A DNA stretch of 64,000 bases from positions 124,001 to 188,000 of the forward strand of contig OZ374565.1 of assembly GCA_977862235.1 (NCBI GenBank), read 5' to 3'. Below are positions 31,271 through 43,841 of the stretch, piece by piece; within the stretch, counting starts at the first letter, position 1; the number at the start of each line of letters is the position of its first letter. Origin of the DNA: Dudresnaya verticillata (Eukaryota). A model generated the notes under the pieces. The model saw only the letters and a list, made by a program, of their open reading frames with translations. It was not told the origin of the DNA and did not search any database. Both the position numbers and the translations under genes were made by a program.

Positions 31271-33029
31271 GTTGTTGTGCAGCCGTCACATCAAACCAAG
31301 ACAGGAACTGCTCTGATTAGCAGCCTGCAATGGCTGTTAACGATAAAACGCTCTACGACACACTGCCGGTGATGGGTTGGTGATGTTCGACTTTTTTTAT
31401 TGGGGTCTTAAAACGCCCAGAGGCAGCAAAGTATCTTTTACCTTGAAACACACTCGACCTCGTTACAACTTGAGTCTTGCTTTGCCCCGCTTTCCCGTAT
31501 CTTCTGTATCTCACAGAATGTGTTTGTGACAATGGATTTGAAGGACGTCACAAAAATTTGTATGGTTGCAACAGTCTTAGAAAGTTCTTCGGAAAAATGG
31601 GAAACCTGCTGTTCATTCTCTTATCATGAATCCGTGTTCGTCTCAAGCACGAATCTTGCTGCAGCACGTTTGTTTCCAAGAAGCCCGTTCAAGTTTGAGT
31701 GCCATGAGGACTGCTTGAGTACTTCAAAACAGAAATTTTTTCAGCTCTGAATCAAAGACGTCCGTTCCCTGCTTGCGAACGAGAGCAATTCTCGTCGTGC
31801 TCATTCCGACCAAAATGACATATATGTGGGAACTGAACATGAACAGAGAACCCAGGCAGTCACACAAACAGAACAAATCCCAGATGTGAGCCTCTGCTAT
31901 TGTTTTATAATGTTGTCTTGCCATGTTCATCTTTCTTTCTTTCTTTTCCGTGATGAACCATATATGTACGTCTATAAGGCTCTCATCTAGCTACATGCAG
32001 TAGCAGAAAACAATGCCCCTTTCTTTTGAGCAGTGCTTGGGAATATATCTACTATGTTGCCTTGAACAGATAGTAAAAAGCTTCCCCTGCTCCGCGCCGA
32101 TATTAGAATCCCATAAAGTGAGGTACTGTAGAGCACTATAGCTGCCAGCTTAAGGAATGGTAATCGAGAGAAAACGTTACAGGGGCTTAGGATCTAGATT
32201 CTGGTGGAAGAATATGCAATCGCAAGATGACTCGTTGCAATGCTAGGTCTGGTGTGCTGACCCTGAAATGACATGGTTTCCCTGTGGTTGGAAAACTTAA
32301 TGTTTCCATGACGGTTGCAACAAAACATCGGCATTTTCCCTATACTCTTTTTGTATCCTGATCGGAACCCGTACAGTTGTGATAACAGTTGCAAATTCCA
32401 TATGGAACAGTTCTTGAACTACTCCATGAAATGGTTCAGCATTATCGTCAACGCATGTTTCTAGAGCCAAAGAACTATTGGATTCAGAGAAGATGAGTAT
32501 TAATGATAAGTTAATCCCTTCGATCTGTGCCCGTGTTCGAGTCCTGTACGAAGATGTTTATCCTGTCTATTCTTTGCAGACTGGTACAGAAATCTCTCGG
32601 AAACAGACGTTCAGCTCAATAAAACTAGAAGAAGATAGGGAAAACCAATTCCTTCTTTGATGGACGTGTTGATGGAGCTGCAAGTCCGCGCGAGCTGGTA
32701 TGAAAACTGCACCCGCTTGAATTGCCAGGATTGTCTTGTTTACCGGCTCTTCTTGAACGTCCTTAATTCTCTGGAGGCCTGAAAGAGTCTTTTTCGAACT
32801 CGGAACGATGCTGATGGGCAGTGCTATTTACAATATCATTGAAATCTAGACCAGGTGTTGTTAAAACAGTTCGTTACGTAGAGGAACTCTGCATTTCGAG
32901 AGCAACGTAAGATGCTAAACAGCTCAAGATATTAACGGTATTCTGCTATGATTTTTGTTGCACAGTCTAAGAAACAACAAGAGCAGTACGGGGCGACCTA
33001 GCGCCCCTCTCCACTTTCCGAATAAATTT

Positions 33030-33080
33030 TCTCTGTCTATCTGTCTGTCTATCTGTCTATCTCTCTCTCTATCTCTCTCT
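33030..33080. repeat. Compound CTGT/CTAT/CT microsatellite
   Basis: ctctgtctatctgtctgtctatctgtctatctctctctctatctctctct. Confidence 0.85.
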
Positions 33081-33499
33081 AAGAGATTCAAAAGGACGGC
33101 GAAACGGGTACTGTTGTGAGAATAAGAGTATGGTCAACCATTTGAGCAAGGCACTTCTTCGGAGAATCTCCGTGATAGAACATAAAACAGAGGTTGCCAA
33201 CATAAGGCGCTGTGATAGGGGAATTTTATTCAAGCCGTGCGTTTCGAATATATCAAGAAGACCAGCTTTGAGATATTCTTGGATTCTGTGCCAGAACCCG
33301 GCCTACCTCGAACTGGCGGCCTTTTCCTGTAGCATATCCTACTACATCAGTTGAAGGAAGTGGGACAAAGCTATTGCATCAGCAAGGACGTGAAACCAAG
33401 TTGCGAAAAGGATTATTTTCAAAACAAGAGATACCTCTCAGGCGTGGGAGCAATGAGGAAAGGGGTGGCGGAAAACATAGTATCGGAGTATAGATATCA

Positions 33500-34579
33500 C
33501 TAGAACAGCAACATCGGCGACAAAGTGACCGTAGTCTCTTCAGCCCCAGCGTCAACATTAACGACGGCAACAATAGCGTCTGCACACCCAGTCTGACTTC
33601 CTGGCGCAATAGGGACAGAAATCCTGTTCCCAATACTCTTGCCTCTGGACCCAGCCCTCCTCAACACAACAGAAACGACAGCCGACTTCTCAGAGCTGGT
33701 CCCCTCCCACCCAGCGCGCAGAACAATACTTGTCATACCCTTCCACAAGCCTTTCCGATACGCTTCTCCAACCCGCACAATAGCCTTTGAATGGTCCTTC
33801 CTACTTTTTCTGCTGACGTAACTCGAACGCGCCTTGCACTGTTCCCCAACTTGCTTCTCTAGAAACTTGGTGTTCGTGTGCAGCTTCATCCCTTTCTCGC
33901 CCAGCCACGAGTACACAATGCCCAGTTCCAAGCCATCCACAGAATCCACACTCGCTGTGGCGTCACCGATGTCCGGCCCTTCGCCCCGCGGACGCGGCAA
34001 CACGGTCAACGCTTTATTGCGCTGGAACACGAGGGCGGAGTCAGGTTCCTCCACGCCGTTGAAGACGGGAATGGCAATGAAGCTGAGGCGTTCAAACTCG
34101 ACGGCCTCGCGGAAGGACACATCACCGGAGTATACCAAATTGCCCTTCACCTCATCGGCATTCTCGCCCGGTCCGTCATCGAACAACTGAAACTCCTTGT
34201 CGAGATACTCACCGGTCTTGCGGTCGACCTCGCACACGACAAAGTGCTCCGGGGCAGCGGACTTGTCGCCCGTGCGGGCCCGCGAGAGGTCGAGCGAGAC
34301 GCGGATGGTGGCGATGGTATCGACGTAGACGAAATCCGGGGCGAAGACAAAGCCGCGGCTAGACGGCTTTTGCGTGGACGCAACGGGGGAGCAGGTCCAG
34401 GCCTTCTTGGAGTCGAGCCGACACGGGCGCAGCACGCAGGCGGAGGTGTTGCAGGCGCGCTTGGCGGTAGAGCGCTTTGCCACGCACTTTGCGGGACAGC
34501 CGGCGGTCTGGGCCGAGGCGACGTGCGTGAGCAGCAGAAGGAGCGCTACGGAGCGGAGGAGAGTCACGGACGGCATCAT
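33500..34579 (-). CDS. Secreted protein (359 aa), paralog B of 29186-31270 without the Ser/Pro repeats
   Basis: Signal peptide and Cys motif; LFDDGPGENADEVKGNLVYSG, SVDGLELGIVYSW, VRVGEAY.KGLW and IAPGSQTGCA match paralog A. Confidence 0.85.
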   Translation of the reverse strand: MMPSVTLLRSVALLLLLTHVASAQTAGCPAKCVAKRSTAKRACNTSACVLRPCRLDSKKAWTCSPVASTQKPSSRGFVFAPDFVYVDTIATIRVSLDLSRARTGDKSAAPEHFVVCEVDRKTGEYLDKEFQLFDDGPGENADEVKGNLVYSGDVSFREAVEFERLSFIAIPVFNGVEEPDSALVFQRNKALTVLPRPRGEGPDIGDATASVDSVDGLELGIVYSWLGEKGMKLHTNTKFLEKQVGEQCKARSSYVSRKSRKDHSKAIVRVGEAYRKGLWKGMTSIVLRAGWEGTSSEKSAVVSVVLRRAGSRGKSIGNRISVPIAPGSQTGCADAIVAVVNVDAGAEETTVTLSPMLLF

Positions 34580-35229
34580 TGTGGGGATGGGAGAGGTGCT
34601 TGCGGTGGGCCGGGGGTTCGACGGGGGCAGCAGCTACGGGCTGGGCCGGTTAGGTAAAGGTGGGAGGGCATGGCGATGCGGAAGCGACGGGTGTGGGGAG
34701 AGGGGGGCATGCTGTGGATTGCGACTGGGTGAGACTGGATTGGTGCTAGACGGCGGGTAAATTCGAACGGACGCAATGTCGGACTGGGGCGTGGGTTCTG
34801 TTTTGGGCGCGCGGGCACGGAGTGCAAGTTGGTAACGGAGACGAGTGCGGGCGGGACGAAGCGGCAGGGTGCAGGGTGGCGCTCGCCGGCGGGGTGCAGC
34901 GTGGCGGTCGCCGGCGGGGGGTGCGGGAATGCGATGGGAAGGCGCTGTGTTGGAAGCACGGGAGTGTGGTACGTTCGGATGAAGGTGAGGCCTGATGCGT
35001 CCTGATTCTGCATTGAATGCCATCTTGATACGCGGCGCTTCGGTATTGGACGGTTTTACCGTTGCTTACGACTCGTACCGAACGCGTCCACCCAATCATC
35101 ATGGACAAAACGTGCGATTTGTGCGTTTCTCAGCCCCCCTTGCACTTCGCTCCACGGGGTATGCCTTGCACTGCAGCTTATTTCGAGAAGCGTCCATCCT
35201 ATCCACATTAGCTTCCCATCTCAACAACC

Positions 35230-37480
35230 ACCGTCTCGTAACCTCAGCCCTCTCCGCCCGGTCGTCCGTCTTGAGGAAACGTCAATAACATCGTACGCAT
35301 TCGGCAGCCTGCCCTTCGCGCCCTTTTGCTTCACATTCACAGTCTCGAACATCCCGGAACGATGCAGCAGCAGAAAGTACAGCATTGAGTATTTTGTGCC
35401 CATCCCATTTCCTCAAATTTCTCCAACAAGTCCGTCCACAAGGTCTTATCTGTAGTCCCCCCACCCATGCGCATCCCCAATCCCCACCTCCGTTAAAATG
35501 CCATCGCAAACTGCCCCGGGCGTAACGGAAACCCAATCTCGCACCCCAATCGACGTCGCCACATACGGCACCATCTTCTCATAATGCTCCTACAGCACTG
35601 CGTCCTCAACTGATGCGATCTCTGCCAGTAGCTCCATTGCACTTGTAGTCTGTTGCGGTCGCAGCACCAACCCCACCCGGCGCGGGTGCTTCACCAATTG
35701 CGTTGCTTCGTTTGCAGCCCTCCACTAACGCACCGCGTCCCCAATGTCCGACCAGTCCTGCAGCACCGCCGCCGCACCGTCACGTGCACCCCATCGCCAA
35801 ACCACACGCTCCCCTTCGGTGAATCCCGCTTGCGCAATGATTCCTCGGTGGAGAAAAAGTCCTTCCAGAGCAACGAGAACGGCGCTCGGAGATGAGTCGT
35901 GTACGGTCGCGACACGTAAGTTGCCAATCGTGCGCGGTGCTCGTCCGAGAGTGAGAAGAGCTCATCTGCCTTCGGTGGCTCGTTTTTCATCCCAATGCGT
36001 AGATACCAGAACTGCGGAAGCTTTCCATGGAGTAGCGGAAGCCGGTGCATTAGTGCCCATGCAAAAAGGAGCGAAAAACAAAGCGTTGCAGCTGCTTGCA
36101 CTGCCGGGAGTAGCCCAGGAAGCGTAATAGCGAATGCGTCAAGCGAGATACCTCTCAGCATCGTCAAAACAGTACCTGCTAATCCGCATCCAATGCATGC
36201 GAGAGAGAATAGTGGAGACAATGGCACCTCCAAGAGAGGCTTGTACTTAAACAGGCCATCTGAGAAGTTCGCAGCGATTGATAGCAGTGTTGAGACTAGC
36301 ACCAAAATTTCCAAATAGCAGCAGACCGTCGCTTTCGCTGCTCTCATGCATCGACTTCTCAGCAGCGAGCAGGTTACATCCAAAAGAAGTGCAGGGTTGA
36401 GGAAGGGTTCATTTTCCTTTCGCGAAAACGAAGAGGAATGTATGCAGATCCCAGCTTGAGCTCACACCGAACGAGATTGACAAAACAGCGCATGCCGGAT
36501 AGCTGCAGAAGCGAGCTAGGTAGCCGCGTTGTGGGTTCCAAGCTATGGGGCGCGTGTGAATAGCGGTGGTATGGCGACGTGGCGATTGCAAACGCGTACC
36601 AGGACATCCGTGCAGTACGACGATATCGGGGCGCTCCAGAGAGTTGAAGGGGACGATGGGGATTTGGGCACGGTTGGGTACAAATGGCCCATACTCGCAC
36701 AAGTTCCGTGGAGCAGAGCCAAGAATGCGGGAGGGACAGAATCCGGCAAATGAGCGCGCTGCCTTTTTCCGACAAACTCGTGCCAGGGAACTTAACGGTG
36801 CTTGCTCAGCTGCTAAACGCAACCAACGCCTAGAGGAAATACTCAGAGGGGCCTACGACATCTGAGCTACAGAGTCAGGGAATTGCTTCCACAGTGCGCC
36901 AGGATCATGTGGCAGCAGCGGAATACAGCCTGCAACAACAGCCTGTATCCAGTACCCAGCAGGAGCAAAGGGCTTCAAAGGCTTTTGATTTCGACGAGAG
37001 GTCTCAAACTGCGGCGTTGGTTGCCCCTGCTTATCGGCGAAAGCCAGACGGCGTTGCATGCACAGCACGCAAGTAATTTCCACACACGTTGCACGATCAG
37101 TTGGCGCTGTGCCCAGAGCTATTTGTCTGGGCGGGCTGCTAGAAGCAGCGCCGGGGCAGTGCACGCAAGTCGCCCCGAATCATGAGCGCGGGAAGACGAT
37201 GGCATGGCAGGCTCCCGCCAGTGTCAATGAGGAGCCGGTAGAGGGTGCGTCGTGCAGCCGGCCGCAACGTAGACCAGCGGGAGCGGCCTGCGAGCTCGAA
37301 TTGTGCTTGTGGGAAATGATTCGCCCCAGTGCGGGCGCCAGAGAGCCGAGGCGGTCGGCTGCGCTTGTGCAGGATCGTGCGAGAGGGCTAGGGTGCGTAG
37401 GCGCTGCATTGTTGAGAAACGGAGCATTGGCAGCGCAGGCTGCGCGTGGTGAGCGGACAGCGGTGGCTTCGGCGTGCGCA
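35230..37480 (-). pseudogene. Probable decayed membrane-protein gene
   Basis: Hydrophobic 230-aa ORF 35691..36383 flanked by protein-like frames with in-frame stops and frameshifts. No family recognised. Confidence 0.3.
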
Positions 37481-40400
37481 TGGTGAGCTACTCTGGGGCG
37501 GGGTGAGCGGGGCGAAGGAGGTTCTGGCAAAGGTCGAAGCGAAGGGACGGGGGAGGTGGTGAGCGGTTGCGGATCGTGCGGCGGCGCAGAATGGTGTGAG
37601 TGAACGAAGAAGCCACGTGTCTCACACTCAACGGATGCAGCGGCGGATGTTGACATTGGGAGAATTTGGGAATTTTGAAGACGGTAGCGCTCGCGAGATG
37701 CGTGTTGGCTGATGTCGGCAGTGCGAAGGCATCGTTCATTTTCCACCAATCTGATGGCGCCCTCCATGCCGCCGATGCCGCCATGCCGCCGCCGCGCGCT
37801 CTCGCCCTCTTCCGACAAGACAAAAGCATTAAACGATTGCCTCTTTCGTCTTCCTCTCTCGACTTCCGAAGGCACAGAACACAATTGCAACGTTTCTGTC
37901 TTGTTCCTGGCTGGGTGGGACCTTACTGGGCACCTACAGTAGGCACTCCGGCATCCATGCCGCCATGCCGCACGGCGCTTTCCCTCTCCCTGTTCCTGTT
38001 TCTACACTGGCAGCAGGTTGTTTCATATCCGTGATATCTTCCCTGGTGGAGCCTTGATGCTGGGTAAGTGCTGCCCTGGAAGTCTCAGATAGATCAAAGC
38101 ATGAAGGAAAATCGCAATGACTTTCCCCTGTATGCAGCCCTGTGTCTCAAGCAGAGAGCCACGCACTCTTTTGGTCAATAATGGTGACGAGACCGTAGCC
38201 TAACCTGAACTGCACTGCCCGTAAACACCATACACCTAATCCATCTCGACCACCCTTGTTCAATCTCCATCGCTTCTTCTGAACATGTTAACCGACGCCG
38301 TAATGCTGTTCAAAACAGCTCTCCAACCCTCGGGTGAGCTCCGCAGAGCTCTCTCCTTTTATGAGATACATCTATGATACAACGCACCTGAGACAAGCAA
38401 ATGTACAGTCCGAGCGCTGGGGGCATACCCCTGCAGGCATTGTAGCTCCTTTGTACAGTAGGAAGCGCACAGGAGGAGCGCAAGTGGACCCGAAAGGGCT
38501 CATCATGTCCCAGTCGGGATCTTTCGCATCGTCCATTTCGTGCCGCTAGTTTAATTTCTCTATTTTTTTTTGGTCGGGCGCATCCTGCCGCTTCCCTTTT
38601 CATGCCCCGTGGGCCCAAGCCGCGTAGACCTCGGGGCCCACATCGCCTACGATAACACGAGTGATTATTAGGGACATTGTCTGAGGGTTGAATCACGCCC
38701 AGTCGGAAGTCGTGAAGCAGCTATAAATTGTCTTTCTTCCTAGCTAGAGCTCAAGATTGCTTAGACATGGAATGCATGCAGCTAATGCAAGAGTGCTAGT
38801 TTAGTATCCATGCTATAATAGTCAGATCCTCCTACGGCGTGGTAAGCTGCTAACCTTTGCTATGCTAAAGAATGCTGTGCTCGCTGATGACACTCGACAA
38901 CAAGTGGAGCTTCTTCTCCACAAAAATAGTGGTGCACTCCATGCCGTGATTCCCGAAAAGAAGCTCCGGTCTCAATCATTGTTTTGTTCTAATTTTCTTT
39001 CAATTCAAGGTGGTGCATTCGATCCCTTGAAAGACCTGCCAGGACTGGCAAAATTCTTCAATCGTTCCAAGGACAAGAACTCCGAACCATTTTGAGAACA
39101 TCAACACGCATTTGTCTTGAATGATTGCTTGGAATCTAGTCACCAGTACGCACCTGAATAATTGTAAAATACTATTGAAACCCTGACTGGTCTGACTTAT
39201 TGTAACAGAGCTCGCAATTCCAACAGTACCTTTCCATTCTGTTTTTCTAACATATTGCATCGTTGCAGTACCCCGAATACGGGGCAGCGAGGCTCAGTAA
39301 GTCCTTTAAAACTGCACGCTATCGAATCCACTGGTTGGAAAATGGATGCAATTCCGGGACAACTTTTTCACGCGCTAGCGATATCCAAATGAAGAAGTGG
39401 AAAATTCGTGTGGTGGGTAGCATGTCGGCTTATCGGATCCCCTTCAACAAAACAGAATGAGAACAGAACGCAATGCCCGCCCAAAGAATGAAGCACAGAA
39501 GAATTTTCTTGGCACTTCGTAAGCACACCAATTATGCATTGTTAAAATGCCCACGCAACACTACCCGCCCCACATGCAAGAGCTCTAATCTGTCGAGAGA
39601 TTATCCCGGGTCCGATAAGTCAGTTGGGTTTTCTCGTTTCTCAGGCTTCTCGAGGAGATGGCTATTCTTCGATACTAAAACGAGTCGTGCGAATGAAGGG
39701 CATTTGTTCCAATAATTACTGGACGCATTGTCTTTGAACTAATAAAAACACCTTTATCGAGAGGAATCGTGCTGTTCGTGTGAAAATCTTTCTATGATGG
39801 CCACGGGCAATCGCAACCATACATATAGAAATCTACAGCGGTCGGGCTTAACTCTTGTGTGCAGATACAGTACCGTATAATCTGAGCAATCGCAAACGGC
39901 AGTATCATACAGAATTCGCCGACCGTAGCTGATTAATTAACAGCAGGTCGTCGGACGCGCCGCCCTACCACATCATTCAATAATAACAATCATATTCATT
40001 GGAAAGAGAAATAGACAGTTTGCCTACTACCACCTGCAGGAGATCCAACTGATGAGTTCGGATATTATTACCTCGCTTTCGCGACCTATTTGCAAGCTTT
40101 TTTTTTTTTTTTGGAATCGCATTTTTGGCCCATGCATCTTGTCGATTCTATCAACACACCCGGCCTTTCCCCAAGCCAGTCTACCCCGCGACACGCAGAA
40201 TGCATACCACCACGTCCGGGCCGCACCGTGCCGCCTCGTGCCGTCTCGCGCCGCCGCATGCCGCCGCATGCCGCCGCGCCCCGAGGAGACCTGTACGTAA
40301 CTTCATCTGTTTGTCTTTTGAATTATTCTGTAGACTATAAGTAGATATCCCTCTCACCTTCGTCTGGAGGTTCGAAGCTTAAGACCTTTTACACATATCT

Positions 40401-42072
40401 ATAAACCCTTTGATCATCAAAAAGCCCAGATATATCTTATTCGCTTTCCACAGGCTGTAGTTGCAGCCCAACAGAAATATTGACTAGTCCATATCTAATC
40501 CCTTCAAGGAAATCTGGGCATATTGCCTTCGCGTTGTGTTCTGCACGCTGTTCTGTAGTCTTGGAAGATGCATTGTAGACCTACTGGGCCAAACAGGAGA
40601 ATAATAATGTCCTCATGCATGAAACACTCATGCGTGTTGCTACGGTAGGTCATTCTGTTGTTGAGTGCCCTCCGTGTGATATATGCCTCAGATTGAAGTC
40701 CGTGTTTCTGGTAAACGCTACGAGTCGTTTATTTACCTTGCGAACGCCTACTGCATGCACACTTCGGGCTCTCTTCTGAGCTCTGAAAAACAGAACTGTC
40801 TATCCGAGTAACATAATGAAGTTGTCCTGATCCTTCGACAACATCATAGTCTGAAGGTTTTGACCATGCAAAAGAGTCGCCTAAAGCATGGAACGAGACC
40901 CTCTACTTTATTCGTGCCATCCTCTGAATCTTGGGAAAGGGGAGAATGGTTCCAAGAGTGCATGCTGCCTTTAGAGTCAAGAGAGGGAGAGGGGAGAGAG
41001 AGATTGGGAGAATGGGCAACATTATAGAGGGGCAACGAAGTGGCAAACTTTGTAGAGCTGATGGGGATTGCTGTTACCCGAGTTTCTGTGCGGGCGTTTG
41101 GCAGATCGCGATCTCGCGGGTCCAGATTACATTTTTCTCCGGAGAGTAAAAGTCCGAGTGTATGAGTTGATAACTGCCATGCAGGCACGTACGTGCACAC
41201 ACACCCACACACGTATGGGACTGGCTTTGATTTGTACGTTAATTTTTTCGTTGACTGGGGCTATGAAAAGCTTAGACAGTCGCATCGTTATGTGATTGCC
41301 TTATCAAAGTGTGGCAGTTTGGACGCTGTCAGCAGAAGGGCTTACAGACGCGCACTCCTTTTCGCGGGACAGACTGTCCCTTAATCAAGACAGCTGTCCT
41401 TTCATCGTCATACACGTGTGTACACGTGGCCTTACAGCTGTATACGTGGCTCGCACGTGGCATTATAATGACGCCAGTTGGACGCCTCGTATTGGCTGAT
41501 TTATGACGCGCGGCGAACGCGGCGTGCACCAAATGCCCTCGCGTTGTACAGATGTGTAGACTCAACCGCATCGGAGTTTCCGTCAACGGCAACAACTGCT
41601 GACCAGGTCGGCCTGTGCCCGTGCGTAGCATGGAGGCCCGTGCCCGTCATCTCCTGCACTCCAGCGTGCAACTCCGGCAGCGGCCGCATCGCCGGAACTG
41701 CACAACTTGCTTTGCGCAAATGAACATGCCAGGTCGCTGACGCCGGCAACGCACCTACAGACCGATCTCGCCTGGTGCAAGGGCTTGTTGGTTGCTAACT
41801 TTATCCGCGCTGAGCTTTCAAGGTCTCGGCGGCGCTACACTCAACAAATCTACTTCAAGCATCGCGCGTTGTTGACACTACTGCGGCGAAGAAACTATCT
41901 TCCGCGCCCGAAACTCACCGCAGCCAACACGCACACCTTCGCTCTCCGCGCTCCAAGCAAAGCCCGACACCCTTGCTCATCACGACCACTGCTGTCAGTT
42001 GCTTACCAAGACCACCACAGCTGCATATCTCACCACTACCACCACGCCCAGGTTACCACTGCCACCCACAAG

Positions 42073-42966
42073 ATGCCGCCATTCGAGCCGCCGCTCTTCC
42101 CACCGCGTACCTACATGCCACAGATCGACCCCGCCACGCAGTTCAACCTGCCCAAAAAGACTGCCGTGCTGCTACACCCGCGCCGTCGCGAGGTTCCCGA
42201 CCCGTTCGCGTCCAAGTTTGGCGGCCGTCCTGCCTGGCCGCGCGACGAGCCGTGGCCGTATTGCACGCAATGCGAGTGTCCGTTCGTCGCTATTGTGCAG
42301 CTCACCCGTGCCGACATCCCGGAGCTGCCCTTCCTGGAAGGTAAGGACCTGTTCCAACTGCTGTGGTGTCCCGGCGATCACGGCGAGGACATCTGCGGCC
42401 CGCTCCCCACCACGCGGTGGCGCGCCGCTCGGGAGATTGGTCCTGTTACTGCGCCGCCGTTCCATGGCGAGTATTACAACCGCGGACATGTACCCCTAGA
42501 ATGTGCGATCTTCCCGGAGCGAATCGAGGAGACTAATGCGTTTGCCGACGATGAAGAGCGTGCCGAGGTCATCAATGCGTGGGTGGCACAAAATGCTTCA
42601 GAGGATTTCGAAGTGCTGCACGTGCCCGAGGACTACCGAGATGATGCATACGAAACCTTGTTCTCCGTAGCACCCAGTACGAAGGTCGGTGGGTACGTCT
42701 CCTTTGTGCAAGATCTGGAACCGGAGACTTGCAGCTGCGGGCGCGAGATGACTCTGATGCTCTCGCTCTCGAGCTCAGATTTTGGTGATGGTACCAGTTG
42801 GTATCGATGGGCGCCGAGTGACTACCCGCGCCAAGCTGATGGTAGCGTCCTCGCTCGAAACAACGCAGGTACTGGCTTCTGCCTTGGGGACATGGGAATG
42901 GTGTACGTTTTCATCTGCAAGCACTGCAAGTCACTCCCGATTTGGACCATCCTTCAGTGCGGTTGA
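42073..42966 (+). CDS. YwqG/DUF1963-like protein, paralog B
   Basis: MPPFEPPLFPPRTYMPQID...FNLPKKTAVLLHPR, SKFGGRPAWP, TKVGGY and LGDMGMVYVFICKHC, colinear with 23627-24514. Confidence 0.78.
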   Translation: MPPFEPPLFPPRTYMPQIDPATQFNLPKKTAVLLHPRRREVPDPFASKFGGRPAWPRDEPWPYCTQCECPFVAIVQLTRADIPELPFLEGKDLFQLLWCPGDHGEDICGPLPTTRWRAAREIGPVTAPPFHGEYYNRGHVPLECAIFPERIEETNAFADDEERAEVINAWVAQNASEDFEVLHVPEDYRDDAYETLFSVAPSTKVGGYVSFVQDLEPETCSCGREMTLMLSLSSSDFGDGTSWYRWAPSDYPRQADGSVLARNNAGTGFCLGDMGMVYVFICKHCKSLPIWTILQCG

Positions 42967-43717
42967 GGATGCGGCGGGGCGCGAGGCTTGTTGTGTTTTG
43001 GTTTCTCGATAGGGGTGTTGTAACGCGGGATAAGAGGTGATAGAATGGTAGCATCTCTTTCGGGGGCGTTAGAGGCAGAGTGCATTTGGGGGCGGTGCGT
43101 TTGTTGCGTGGATGTGTTTGCGGTGGGGTTTTGGCAGTGTTCCAAATTCTGAAAGCGTTGTTGTCGCCGTTGTAAATAAGCAGCAACATCGCCTCAAGCG
43201 AGCACTGCACCGAACTTTGAGAGCGTTCTTGACCAAGTTGCTTCAGATACGACCTCCACGACGCGGACTGAGAAACAGGCAGCGCAGCGGTTGCACTGGA
43301 GAGAAGGCTGTCCCGCAGAGGATGCGCCGCGGCGCAAGAAGGAGCGGCGCAGCGCGAGCTACGGGTCGGAACGCGCGCTCCGCGCTCCACTGCAGCGGCA
43401 GATCGGCGCGAAGCGGGGCGGGCGCCGCGGCGGGACACATGGGGCAGCCGCGGACGCGCACGCGCAATGCCTATCTCCCGCGCGTGTGGGCAAGCGCGTG
43501 CGTGGCGTCACGCGCTGCCACTTGCGCAGGCGCGGCGACGCGCGTGCATGGCCCCGTCATCAGCGCGCAGCTCGACAAACGCGGCAGTAGCCAGTCGTCG
43601 CCCCTGTCCCGACCGTCGCGCTGCGTCCGCGCCCCAATGGGCCGCGCGCAAAGTAACTTGTTGTACTCTGTCCGCAAGCGCGCATGCACAACCCCATCAC
43701 GCTATGCCATGCCTCCT

Positions 43718-43758
<41 letters not shown>

Positions 43759-43841
43759 CATACCGCCGCGCCCCGCACATAACACCGCGAGTGTCGCGCC
43801 GTCGCTCCGCACAACGCATCCTCCCTACCCTCCGCCCCCCA

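Noticed and set aside
38280..39900. Fragmentary ORFs and a TACAGTACCGTA possible DNA-transposon end
   Set aside because: No recognisable catalytic motif or matching second terminus.
43719..43756. Long poly-C run read as polyproline in ORF 43467..44900
   Set aside because: Lies upstream of the start supported by the paralog; homopolymer length is unreliable.
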